Shown in pieces: positions 45,752-59,279 of a stretch of 64,000 bases of DNA (the stretch's first letter is position 1; the number at the start of each line of letters is the position of its first letter). Location of the stretch: NCBI RefSeq assembly GCF_009914755.1, contig NC_060926.1; one strand, written 5' to 3'. Both the position numbers and the translations under genes were made by a program. The DNA comes from the human T2T-CHM13v2.0 reference genome, Homo sapiens. The notes beneath the pieces are model-generated. The model was given only the letters and a program-made list of their open reading frames with translations, searched no databases and was not told the origin of the DNA.

Positions 45752-47347
45752 TTAGGTATGTCATAATCAAACTGGTGAAGCCTAAATATAAAAATGAATT
45801 ATTGGCTTCTTGTAATGGTGGACAAGTGAATCTGTCTTGTAGACCATCTGCAAATAGAAATTATAAAAATGATAACTTGTAAACTTCCTAAAGCTGACCA
45901 AAGAAAGACGATGGCATATTCTCAAAAAACTTGATGAATGGTAAGAATTACGAACAGGTGGCTTCAGGCCTGATGGCATTGCCCACCCCACTGAGCTATG
46001 GCAGGGGTGGGTGGGGGCACTCTGCAAGCTTACCAGGAAAAAAATTCAGAGATCGTGATTCAAGAATGGGAAATCACCTGGAAATGGAAATATTTAAAGA
46101 AAAAATCCCAGTAGTACAAGAAACATAGACGTGGGACCCAAATTTAATGCATAAATTCTTCAAATATCTGAATGACAGCTAAACTGCTTGTTCTCGGAGA
46201 AATGTCCAGGACCAAATAAGCAGAGTAGAGAGGAATCTACTGTGGAAAGATGGAGTTACTCGGATCCAGAACTGTGATTCGATGAATTTCTTAACAGAGT
46301 CCGTGTACAATTTAGGTAAAAGAGAACATGAAGTGTTGGACTACAGAGATCAAAGTTGGAAATTAGGGGAAAATTTTCAGAAGTAAGAGAACCTAAAAGA
46401 GGATGAGCCTCATCTCTATTTCAATTCTTGGGTGAAGAACCAATTTCACAGGCACAGGGAAGTTTCACAGGAGGGAGAGCTCACAATCTACAGCAACACT
46501 ACAGGGGAAGTTACCAGAGCAAAGCCCAGGTCTCAGCAGCTGCTTATTTTGGAGTGACAAAATTTACATTTTTAGTTTAGGAAAGTTAAAAATTAGAAGA
46601 GAAAGCTAATAACTCTCAGAAAAACACAATAGAATTTAAACCTAACACAATGTATTATTTTCCATGTTCAGTTTTCAAAGAAAAATTACTGACGTGCAAA
46701 GAAAAGGGAAAGTGTGACATAATAAAAATATAAATCAGTGGAAGCTGCATATAATTGTCTTCAGAAGCAGGATTTAGCAGACACTTCTATTGAAAATACA
46801 TTCACAAATTCAAAGAACATATGCTTGATGAATCAAAGGAAAATATGAGACCATTGAGTTGACAATTAGGGGATATAAGCAGAAAAATTAAAACTACTTT
46901 TTTCTACTTGGGCATCACACCAGAAATAGATTCATACAAATATAATTAACTGAGTTTTGCAAAAGGTGAAAAAAGAAAATGGAATCAAAGTAATCTTTTC
47001 ACCACATGGTTCTACATCAATTAGATGTCTATATGCAAACAAACAAATAAATAAATACAGCAACCTTAACCCACAACTCACATCTTGTACAAAGTTAACT
47101 AAATTTGATCATAGACCTCAGTGGAAAACGTAAAACTATAAAACATTTAAAAGAGAACAGGGGAAATTGTGTATGAACTTGGACTGGCAGAGTTTTTAAA
47201 AAATACAACAAAATAAATCTATAAAAAAATTGTACTTTATCAAAATTCAAATATTTTGTTCTCTGAAAAACAATGAGAAAAGAATTTTGAAAAACTGGGA
47301 AGAAATATTTGCAAAGCACACACTGGATAAATGATGTGCATGCAGAA

Positions 47348-47861
47348 TGAGACAAGAAGTCTTCTCCGGATCGAAGTTCTTTTCTCTATCGAAAGGTTCG
47401 TGGTCTCTCGGGCTTAAAGGAATGAAGCCATGGACCGCAGCGCCGAGTGTTACAGCTCGATTAGAGAAACGTGTGGACCCAAAGAGTGTGCGGCGACAAG
47501 ATTTATTAAAGCGAAAGCCAAAGTAAAACGAAAGCGAAAGTAAAGCTTCCACGTAGTGGAAGGGGACCCGTAAGGCTTGCTGTTTCTGGCTTGGGTGTGT
47601 TACGCTTATATCCCCTTATGACCCCTCCCCTTTTCCTTTTTCTGTCCTATAGAATTAGCTTATTTTCTAGCCACTTGTGGGTTGGCGGGCCTGATTGGTT
47701 GAAAACATCAGGCTGCAGCTAGAGCTTAAACTTCCTATGATTGGTTGAAGTTTCAATCCCTTAGCTTGCAGCTATGACTCATTTTGGCTTAGGGGAAAGT
47801 CCCCTTAGGGAAGTCCTTATTGACCCAGGAAGTCCAGCCAACTTAGCCATTTAGTCCCTCA
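47348..47861 (-). mobile_element. ERV1 solo LTR (LTR21-like, ERV9/LTR12-related)
   Basis: TG...CA ends and 4-bp TSD AGAA at 47344-47347 and 47862-47865. Minus strand starts TGAGGGACT...GCTGGACTTCCTGGGTC, with CCAAT x2, TATA-like ATATAA (47606-47611) and AATAAA (47502-47507). Confidence 0.85.
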
Positions 47862-48441
47862 AGAATATGCAAAGAACAGCTAAAACTCAACAATAACAAA
47901 ACAACGAATACTCATTATTAGCAAGCAGAGTTTCATTGATTTAGAAATGCATTCATATGCAATTTGTATATAGTGCTTTATTTAAACATTTATGGAAAAT
48001 AATTACAGAACTAATTCACATATTATGTCTTAAATACAGACATGTGCCTTTAGAATAAAGATAATTTCAAGATATTATCTATCTTTTTACCTGAAATCAA
48101 TGAAGCCGTTTATACAGAGTTTAGAGAACTAAGTTTGCTTTCTAAGAATGTGGAAAGAAACAAACTAGAAGAAAATAAAAGCAGTAAATTTCGTTAGCCC
48201 TTGATTTAGCTGAAATGAACTATAAAAATTTTGAATAAAGGCAGAAATTACTTTTTTGACTATTGTATATAATATCTATTTGTAGAGTTCCCTGTACCTT
48301 ACTGGCTTTTTTTTTTTTTAATGGAAAACATTGTATTGCTTAAAAGTAATCCAGGATTCTGAGGCTGTCTTAGCCACTACTATTAATAATAGAACTCTGA
48401 CTGAGGGCACACTTGGTGAGAAAAAAATGGATTGAGCCTTC

Positions 48442-50132
48442 TGATAGCAGTGGCAACCCACCTGGAGCTGCTGCGACCATGATGTCAGCTGCAATGGGGG
48501 AGGCACAGCTGGGGCTGAGTGCTCCACTGAGCTGGAGGGAACAGGAAATAGGTGGAAGCCCCGCCCCCTTCTGAGTTGTGAGCGTGGGAGCCTCATGCTT
48601 CCTGGGTGCAGCTGCAGCTGCCAAGCCACAGGTGTGGACCTGGACCTCCCTGTGCTCTTGGGGGCCAGGAGCAGGCAGGAAAGCGCTCTCTAGCACAGCT
48701 ACAGCTGCAGAAGCCTTGGCTGGGGACCTGGGCATCTCTGCACTCTCGGGGGCCCAGGAAGGCCACCCCATCACCGCAGGCTCTGAAGTGCCTGCTCCTG
48801 CTGCCTGGCCTCTCCCTGTTCCTAGACCCTGTTCTGATCTTGGAGGGGAGTTGAGGTCGAGCTCAGGCACTGTCACAACCCAGACAGCTGTGTGCAGGCT
48901 TTCAGCAGTGCTGACACCCCAGCCCCATGCTGCCCCTTCCAGACTTTGGGTGCCAAGGAGCACAGGAATGAGGCCGAGGGGGTGCTAAGTGTAGCTTGAT
49001 GCTGGCCTGCAGGTGCCCTTGTGCAGGAACACCCTGGATGCCCAGCCTGGGTGAACAGTGAGTGATGGAAGGAGACAGGCCCTTGTGTGGAAAGGGGCAG
49101 GTCTCTGGTGAATCCCCACCTTCAAGTCAGGGAAGGCCTGAAGCCTGGGGCCTTGGCTGCCTGCCCTGTGGACCAGAGTGGAAACTTATGGTGCTTTTTC
49201 TGGGCCCACTCATGGTCATCCATGGACAAATCAGCACACACTTCCTCTCCTCTGAAGCCCATAAGAGCCCCCCGTCCTCCCCTACCCCCATTAAGCCAGA
49301 CTCAAAAAGAGAGATGACAGGATGACCCGCTGTGGAGAGGAGCCACCCACCGCAGGGTCTCCCCTCTTCTGAGAGCTGAGAAGAGGAAGGGATGACCTGC
49401 CTGCGGAGTTGAGCTACCAACTCCAGGGCCTCCCCTCTGCTGAGAGCTGAGCACCTGTTGGGTTGCCATGGCTATGGAGAGAAGCCACCATCTCCAGGGT
49501 CTCCTTTGAGTTGTTCTGTTGCTCAATAAAGCTTCTCTTTACCTTGCTGTCCCTCCACTTATCCACATACCCCATTCTTCCTGGACACGCAGGACAAGAA
49601 CTTGGGACCTGCCAAATGGCGAGGCTGAAAGAACTGCAACATAAACAGGCTGAAACACCCTCTTTGCTCACCATGTTGCGGGTGACAAGAAGGAGAGAAG
49701 AGCTATGGTCCCTCAGGGATCCCAGACCTAGGAGCTCCCCAATCCTCTTTGGGTTTCTGCAGTTCCTGGCATCTCTAAGCTTCTGGGTGCCACCGTGTTC
49801 CCCAGTGCCAGCCGTGGAAGCTGCTTGCAGTGCACCTGGTCTAGCCACAGCCTCGCAGTGAGCCGGCGCTGGTGCCAGCTCTTGGAGCTGCTTACCACAC
49901 CACAGCCAGTGTGCCTGCCTGTGCACAGTGGCCAGACTTCAAGCATGCTTGCTCACACACTCTCGCCTCTCCACTCACCCTTGGTAGGCATGAGATCCAG
50001 GTTGGTAGCGTGAGCTGAGCGCAGCCTACCAGGCTGAGTGGGCCCAGTGGGCCTGAACAAAACTTGGGCTAAGGTGTCACTGGTCACAGAGATTTCTGGC
50101 TGGTGAAGTGACACTCGAAGGATCCTGTAACA
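48442..50132 (+). mobile_element. MER52 (MER52A-like) ERV1 solo LTR
   Basis: TGATAGCAGTGGCAACCCACCTGGAGC...GGATCCTGTAACA, ~1.7 kb and GC-rich; AATAAA at 49525-49530; 4-bp TSD CTTC at 48438-48441 and 50133-50136. Confidence 0.9.
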
Positions 50133-51201
50133 CTTCCATGTCCTTACTCTGAGGGTGATTGGCCTCAGGTCACTGACATTTAGGCAAGTCATGGCAGCCA
50201 ACAGTCTGTAATATTCTCTTTGTAAATTTTGCAGAAATGCATTTGACCTACAAACACTTAGATTTGTGTAGTTGCCTTCTTTTAATTTTCACTTGGTTTA
50301 GCTTTCTTTCATTGAGGTCAATTCTGTGCTTCTTTCAGTCCCTTTCAATTGATACGTAACAGATTATTTTATTAATACTTCCTGGGGGGCCAGTAGAGTG
50401 TAACTGATTGAAAGTAGTGCTGTGGATCCTAACTGTGGATTCTAATATTGTGTTTCTTATTTCTTTTCAGGATGCATTTTGAGAGATGTTTTATTTCTCT
50501 CTCTTTTTTTTTTTTCATAAAATACCACAGACCAGCTGCAAGGTTCTTTACAGAAGAAATCTTTAAGTACAGGTAAACCATGCATATTAGAAAAGATGGC
50601 TTAAAACTCTACCTGCCATTAAAAGTGCAGAGAAAATAATAAAAATCTAAGAAAGAAAATTAGTATGTGTCTTGTAGAATCATAGAGCCAGACTTAGTCA
50701 TCTCCAGGGTAAGCCTCATAAGGTTTGCTCACAGGAGGGAACCTTCAGTAACCAGGGCTTCAGTTAGCCAAACAATCTTTTTATGTGTCACTGTGAAGAA
50801 AAATGATAGAGCAGAATTTCTATTGTGTGTACGTGATGATGGATGATTTGCTATTAGCTGCTCAATGTACACATTCATTGAGTAAGAGTCTGATGCTCTC
50901 ACAAAAACCATTGCAGTGAGTTTGGGAAATGTGAGTTCCAGAGCTGATGGAAACTTGCGTAACTTCACTTACACTTACTGAATTTTTTTTTCTTACTTTG
51001 TTCACCTATTAAGTTTTTGTGATAATGTGTCTTTTCTATTTTACTTTATGGAGTTATAAAAAGATAAAATAGATTTAGCTGTAAGTAATTGGCACATGCT
51101 GAGACTGTGGTTCAATAAGAGATGCTGTAAGATTTACCCAATCCTCTTAGCTAACACCTATAAATTAGTTAATACATGTAAGACAATAGGGACAGTGCCT
51201 A

Positions 51202-51241
51202 AGAGAGAGAGACAGAGACAGAGAGAGACAGAGAGAGAGAG
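51202..51241. repeat. (GA)n/(GAGACA)n repeat
   Basis: Direct inspection. Confidence 0.9.
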
Positions 51242-51405
51242 GGGAGCTATAGATGGTAGAGAGAAGGACTGTAACCATCGAACTATGAGTCTTAACACAC
51301 ATCAAGATAATCATGGGCTGAAAGCATTTTAAAATGTAGGTCCCCAGGACTCAATCTCAACAAAGACATCAACAGATTTGTTCAGACACAAGAACTGGCT
51401 TTTAA

Positions 51406-51717
<312 letters not shown>

Positions 51718-51950
51718 ACATCTGGGCAATTCTTATGAAGGTGGCTTACAGATTGCATTTAAGAAACAGCTATAAATATTTATTAATGTATCTGTTTATG
51801 ATAGACAACTAGGAAGAGTGTGATAAGGGATAATGCAGCTGTGCCTTCTGGGAATGGGATTGTGTGTGTCACTTCAGTCACATTTCTCTGTACCTGAAAA
51901 TAGATTTTGAGTAAGTCCCACTTGCATGTGGTAAAGTTTATCAAGTGATG

Positions 51951-52293
51951 CCTAGAAATACAGCTAACCAGGGAGGTAAAAGATCTCTATAGGAAGAATT
52001 ACAAAACACTGCTGAAAGAAATCAGAGGTGACACAAACAAATGGAAAAACATTCCATGCTCATGGATAGTAAGAATCAATATTGTTAACATGGCCATATT
52101 ACCCAAAGCAATTTACAGATTCAGCAATGTTTCCATCAAACTACCAGTGTCATTTTTCATAGAATTAGAAATGACTTTTCTAAAATTCACATGGAACCAA
52201 AAAGGAACCCAAAGATCCGAAGCCATCCTAAGCAACAAGAACAAAGCTGGAGGCATCACGTTACCTGACTTCAAACTATCTGACAAGGCTACA
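51951..52293 (+). mobile_element. Internal L1PA/PB ORF2 fragment
   Basis: Translates [19 protein letters not shown]...[13 protein letters not shown]. Confidence 0.9.
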
Positions 52294-52299
52294 CTAACA

Positions 52300-52479
52300 T
52301 CACGTCTGCATCCTGATTTCCTTTTCTTGTGAGGTCACAAATTCTATCCAATTAGGGACCTTTATGACCTTAATCCCCTCTTTAAAGACTCCGTCTTCAA
52401 ATAGAGTGACATTCTGAGGTACTGGGGGTTAAGGTTTTAACATATGAATTTTGGAGAGGACACAATTCAGCCTCAAACA
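52300..52479 (-). mobile_element. MLT1A/B LTR fragment
   Basis: ACATTCTGAGGTACTGGGGGTTAAGG...GACACAATTCAGCC. Confidence 0.8.
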
Positions 52480-53612
52480 GACACACCTAGCACAATGCAC
52501 TTTTTCTACAGAGAGCTTATCTCAATTAAAATCCAACAACTAGGCATGCATTATTTAATATCTGTCTCCTCCATTTATGAGAGTAGAAACCAGCTCTATT
52601 TGTCCCATACCTAGGATAATATGTGCCATATAATGAGCACCAAATAAATATTTGTAAAATAAATGAATGGAAAGCAAGATATAGTGATACATATATCACA
52701 AGATCCCCAGGCAAGGTAAATTTTAGCTGTTCTAGCAAAGCAACAGAGAAGAAAAGATATATGGACACGTACACTTGTTCTATGGACACTTAGTTACCAT
52801 TCTCAAGTAAAAGCAAGTTGAAGTTGCAAGGAACAGACAGGATGGAAGTTCAAGAATAAGTTAATTTGATTTTTTTTCAAGGAAAGGCAAAGAAGCGAAA
52901 TAATCATAAATTATGATGTAAAGATTTAGGAAAGCAGAAATCTAAATTGCCTCATTGTGTTAAAATGCACCACATATTCTGAAAGTGCCAAAGTGTCATC
53001 AGATAAAGGATACGTGTTGGATCCTTTGAGAAAAACTCGAGATGTTATCATAACCCATTGCTTCCGAGGCTGTGACATGCCCAAGATCAAAATCCCCATT
53101 TAGGGGCACTGTCAAGATGTGGACCAGGTACCCATGATTCTGGATCACAGCCTCCTTTCTGTCTGGTTATGCATCTCTGTAAATCTTGGCCCTGCATCCT
53201 TTTTCCAAAGTCTACAGCTTCCAGTCCCTCATGGCATGAGCAGTGGCCAAGTGGCCACTGTATTTAGTACAACAGTGCTATGGAGAAACTCTCTGGATGA
53301 CCTCCTTATAAGCGTTCTTATCACCTTATCACCGGAAATTCTCCAGCTTATTCTACGAAAAACTCCATTACTGATCGTCTCTTTCAATTTAATCTCTTCC
53401 CATTAGCCAGGGTTGTCAGTGCTTGCTCATACAGCTCTGTGCTGTGTTGGTTGAAAGGAAGCCAGCTTTACTGAGGAAAGCAAAGGATGCTCTTCCTATG
53501 CAGAGGAGTCAGGAAGGCTCTGGTTACATCTTCCTGTGTCTGACTGAGGGAGGGCTGAGTCACTGGGAAGGTCAGCCTGGTCTCCTGCTGCCCCCTAGGT
53601 TGTCCCACCTTG

Positions 53613-54212
53613 CTCACCCAGCAATGGTGCAAAACAAGGTCATTGAAAAGAAAGGGACACACACACTGACATGTGTGGAAACACACACAAATATACACCA
53701 CTGCACACACACATAACATACACCACGGCATGTGCACCACACACACATGCTACACACATCTCTGCATGTGCACCCACACCCATACACACACACAACACAG
53801 GCACACACTACTCACGCACCATTGCATGCACATGTGTACACATGTATGCACACACAACACATACCACACACATGCACCACTGTGCATGCACACACATACA
53901 CACACACACAAACACACACAGATTCCTCACCTCAGCAATGGTGCTAACCAAGGCCATTGACATGATGGTGAACACATGTACGCATGCATGCATATGTGTG
54001 CACGTGTACACACTCACATACCATACACACATGCCATTCTATGCACATACACACACACCAATGTGAAGACACATGCACACCACACACACACACAGGTATG
54101 CACACACTGCACAAACAGCACTGCATGAACCTGCACAAACAGAGGCATGCACGCACACATGCATGTGTACACGGACACATCACACACACACAAACTACAC
54201 AAACACACACCA
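53613..54212. repeat. Degenerate CA/CATG-rich repeat with two-unit structure
   Basis: About 600 bp of CACA/CATG/TGCA with a duplicated ~34-bp unique header. Confidence 0.9.
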
Positions 54213-55796
54213 TTGCATACCCTTACTTCTTGCATGGCATTTAGTAACAGATCCAGAATTGGTATAGTCTTAGAACTGTTTTTAAAAACTTTCTTTTAAT
54301 GACATATGAATGAAGTATTTATATAACTTAAAAATTGTGTTACTTTAAAATGTAGTTAAGCAAAGAGAAGATAATTTACTCATAATCCTTTTGTTTAAAA
54401 ACAACCATAGAAAAATGTGGTGTATACCTTACGTAGTTTCCTATTCATTTATTTTATAAAAATTGTCATACTGTATGCAGAATTTTAACCTGCTTTCACA
54501 GTCTTTTGAATATATGTTTTTCTAAATTAACACATAGAAACCCTCTTTTTAAATGACTATATTATTCTACTAACTGAGCATTCTGTAATTGACTTAAACG
54601 ATTTCTGTTGATAATGTCGGTAATCATTGCCTAGTAATACACTGTAGCTCTCTTAACCAGTGAGGTGTTGAGCATCTTTGTTTAAATATTTGGTTATATC
54701 TTCAATATTCCCTTATTTATCTAATGCTAGTCATATTCAAATGGGTGTCAGCATGGGCTATTTGTGCTATATTCTTGATTTATCTTTCATAAAAAATACT
54801 CTAATAGGCTCAACTGTGTATTTTTTAAAAATAATGACAATTGAGTGATACTAATATAATACAGATCCTGCTTTTGTAGAAATAAGTGTATCCACAAATA
54901 AAAATGACCTGTCAAACAAGGCAATTTTCATACACCAATCACAAGTGTCCATTGTCACCCTCTCCGTGTTATGACTGCTCAAGGACTCTCATTGCTTCCT
55001 AAGTAAACTTACCCTGCACCTCAACAGCACATGGTTTACTCATTCTCAGCAGATATTTTAGGGTTTTCAATCTAACTTTGAATTTAGAAATCGAAAATCT
55101 TAGAGTTAATGGCTAGGGTGAGAAAGTTAAATGTATAGAGAAACAGTGAAACTGAACAAGATAATTGTCCTTTCATTTGCCTATTTGAAACATTTCTTCT
55201 AAAACTTCTTAATCATAAAAGTGGTAGATCAGATGACAAAATACCAAAATAAATTTCCTATTTAGTAGCTTATAAGGGTGCTTATATAAATGTGGCCAAG
55301 GGTGAGCTTGAATGGCATAGTTACAGAACACTTCAGAAGGCAGGTTTTCTAAATTCATAGTATCTCTCAAAATAGCACAAATGAAGTTAACATATATCCT
55401 CACATGAACGATGGACACAATGAAGGTATAAGAACATTAGAAATCAGAAGAATTGGGTTCTCCCAAGTTGAACCACTGAAACAGACTAGAGTGACAACTC
55501 TGGACAATCTCATTATCCTCAGTGATGAGGACACCTTTATTCATGTGGGTGGCTGTCGTGAATGCCCGTTTTAGGCAGTGATGGAAGGTTTCCTGGGAAG
55601 TATAAAGGACCCAGTGAATCTTAGAATTTGGAAGTTGAGAGGTATTTTAGACAGCAGCTAGTTTAACCCCATCACTCCACAAATTCTGAAACTCAGCACC
55701 AGACAGCAAATGTTTCTTATCCACACCAGGAGTACAGTTGATAGCAAATAGAAAGCATTCAAGATTCTATACACTATCACTTAGGTTTTTTATCAT

Positions 55797-56113
55797 TGTA
55801 TTCGTTTTCTCTCTGTGTGTGACAGATCACCACAAGCAGCATTTTGAAACAGCATTCATGTATCTTCGGTGGTTTCCTTTTTGATTAACAAAAAGTGAAT
55901 TGATTAGTAGCTGTAAGTTAATCTGTAAAATCTCCTTTTTTGTGTATTAGGTTGGTGCAAAAATTATTGGGTTCTTTTTTTGCCATTGAAAGTAATGGCA
56001 AAAAGCACAATTACTTTTGCACTGACCTAAGAATATAAATAACAATTGGCATAATATCTCATTGTGTTAGGAGGGGGACATCTTGGGGAATCATTTTGGA
56101 ATTCCCTCTCCAA
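55797..56113 (-). mobile_element. Internally deleted MLT1 LTR hosting MADE1
   Basis: TGTATTCGTTTTCT...ATCACCACAA start and TCTTGGGGAATCATTTTGGAATTC end. Confidence 0.55.
55947..56030. mobile_element. MADE1 (Hsmar1-derived MITE)
   Basis: TA + TTAGGTTGGTGCAAAA...TTTTGCACTGACCTAA; ~84-bp near-palindrome. Confidence 0.93.
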
Positions 56114-56146
56114 CACCTTATGAAGTATTCTAACTTCTGGCCAGAA

Positions 56147-56147
<1 letters not shown>

Positions 56148-56193
<46 letters not shown>
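56148..56193. repeat. (TACA)n(CA)n microsatellite
   Basis: Direct inspection. Confidence 0.97.
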
Positions 56194-56195
<2 letters not shown>

Positions 56196-57091
56196 AAAAT
56201 AAAGAGGAGGAAGCCAATGTTGATTTGCTCTGCCCTTTATTGACTGAAAGACCACCCAGACAGTAACTTCCCTGGAGGCAGAGCCTCCCCTAGTTGGTCT
56301 CCGTCAGGCAGAGATCCTTACATGGTCAGTAGCTTCCCCATGACCACAGCTCGTTATCAAACAGATCCGCAGAGAATGGCCCTGTTTACTGCACGGTACT
56401 CAGAGAAGAAACACTTCTCATGCAAGGGGCAGTTTTCCCAAGGATGGAATTACTTTATGAACTAAGGAAATTTACACTGATATTACCCTGTCATTTTCTA
56501 TCCCTGTCTGTTGGTTGGTTTCTCCTTACATGACTTACCACCACTAGCACCGCATTATACTTTTATTGCCTTTCTTCCCCACTAAAATGTAAGGTCTGTA
56601 TGCGCACAGGTTACTCCTACCTTGTTCACCACTCTAACGCCAATGCCTACAACAATACCTGGCACTCACTAGGTGCTCACGGTGTGTGTTGCATGGACGT
56701 GTCTGAGACTTTCCTGGTACACTGCAAAGCGTTCTCTTTAGGGCCACGTCAGTTTATCTGGCAGTGTAAGTTCCAAAAAGAAGCAAGATGGCTTGGTGCT
56801 GATTAATACAATTAGTATAACATGTTTCAACTATGATATATTTGTTCTACTTTTCCTATGTTACATTTTTTTGCTTTCTTTTGAATTATGTTTATTATTC
56901 CATTTTTTTCCCTCTAATAGCTTTTTAGTTACACATTCTTAAAGTACTTCCATGGGAGTTATCCTAGAGATATCAAATGTGTTTTTATTTATATTCAAAT
57001 ACAACTTTGTTGACCAGCACCCAATAATGCAAGCATCCTATAAGGCTTTAAATCACATTTTTTTCTTTCTACCTTTTGTGTTTTGATGTAA

Positions 57092-57518
<427 letters not shown>

Positions 57519-59279
57519 TAGTTGTGCTTCATTCTGGAATCAATTTCTGTCCACCTATTTATTTTTATAAGGATCTGCTAATCATGAAAGATATCATTTT
57601 TTGTTATCTAAAATATTTTCATCTTGCCTTTATATTTAAAGGATATTTTACTTCTGAAACATATTTTTCTAAAGAAAATGTGTGTGAAACCTCTATTTAC
57701 AGAAGAGACAAAACTGCACTGCCCTGGATGGAGCAAGGTTCAGAGATCGAGCTCGGCCTGTCACTCAGTTCTCATAGCAGCCACTGTCTCCTCTGAACAA
57801 CCAGTTTCAAACCACTGAGGCCATGAATGTATTAGACTTTATAAAACCGTATTTGAGACCACATGCCCGAATGGAATTAGGAATGCACTGGGAATCACAA
57901 CTACTTTGTTTTGTTCCTGATCTTGGAGGCAACTAGTTATGTGACATTAGATAAATATTACCAAATACGTTGGCAATTCATTTCCTTTGTTTCTAACATA
58001 GCAAATCCACTAGCTACCTCACTGAACTATTGCAGGGATGAACTAAGATGATAAAAGACATCTGCTTACTCACTGCCTACGTCAGTATCAATTGCTGTAT
58101 CCGGGTTCTTTGATACAGATAACAGATTCCTGGTCACAAGTCAGAAATCACAAATTTTTAAAGACAGGTAGTGCCTCACAGAATCCGGAAAGAATAATAA
58201 AAAGACTGACTCACAAAAAAATTGCCCAGGAAGAAGGACCTCTGGTATCTAAATAGCTGGAATTACTTGGCTTGTGCATCAAAACACAGTCATGGGAATG
58301 AATAATTTATATATTTTTTCTTTTTTTCATCATTTTTTCCATAATTCAAAATTGCAGAAGGAGCAATCTGACATATTTTGTATGAGGTACATTTTCTTTT
58401 CAAGTGCGTAGAAGATGCCTTATGTAAGAGATTTCCCCAAAACTGAACAAATGAGAGAAGTTATTTCTAAAGAAAAATAAGGCTTATTACTAAAAGAAAA
58501 GCCCCATGGTAGGTGGTGGTAAACTGTAGATGTGGACTGCCACTCTTACCCTTCGTTGGTCAAACCCACCTGACTCTCACCTTACTCCTTTGTAGCATGT
58601 ATATGCAGAATAAGCAGCCCTGTCATGCCTGCTTGAACATGGACAGTACACTTTTAGGACTCAATTCCTCAACCCTTTTAGCTTCCCTTGAAGCAGATAC
58701 ACAGCTAACAAATATTAAGGTAATCATTTAATATTTTTTATGCACTGTCACTCTGAATAGGGGAATGTTCAGATAAAACATAGTTTCATTCACTCATCTC
58801 TTTCCTACAAGGAGGATGTTGGAGTTAAGATGTACCTAGATATTACACTTCAAACTAAAAGTATTTTGAGAATTCTAGAATTTCCCTGTCTCTCATCATA
58901 AATGGAAATTTGAAAAGCTGTTAGCTTTAGTCTGTGAAAAGTTTGAGGAAATAAAGTTAAGAAAGATGCTTAAGACAGGAAGTGTCAATCTCACATCTCT
59001 AGTGTCAGGAAGAAAATATTTCAAGGTTGAATTTGAAACCTATCTGAATGGAAGAAATAAGGGCATGGGTTCTTCTTACAGAGTAACCTCTGTAATGAAG
59101 CTCTAAAGGAAGTAATAACTCAAAAGGCGATTTTAAATTCTAAGTGTGACTATCTGAAGAGAACTGATAAGATACAAGTAAAACAAGCTTAAAAATAAAT
59201 ATATTATTTGGAATATTATCTGATTGCATTTTGTAGATTGAAGAAAATGATGGTTCAGTGTAAATATTATTATAATTAT

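Larger units (their letters stand above)
45160..47910 (+). mobile_element. Ancient L1M (ORF1/5' region and ORF2 3' fragments), interrupted by an LTR
   Basis: TGGAGTCCCAG...AAAAATATTTGAGGAAT (ORF1-like); ACTGGGAAGAAATATTTGCAAAGC resumes as AGAATATGCAAAGAAC after the LTR. Confidence 0.75.

Noticed and set aside
48318-50201. Dense overlapping ORFs up to 197 aa
   Set aside because: They lie in the GC-rich MER52 LTR, where stop codons are rare; no recognisable domain.
53423-54267. His/Thr- and Cys/Val-rich ORFs, and a repeat-spacer look
   Set aside because: Translation of CA repeats. Only two diverged headers in a eukaryotic context, so not CRISPR-like.
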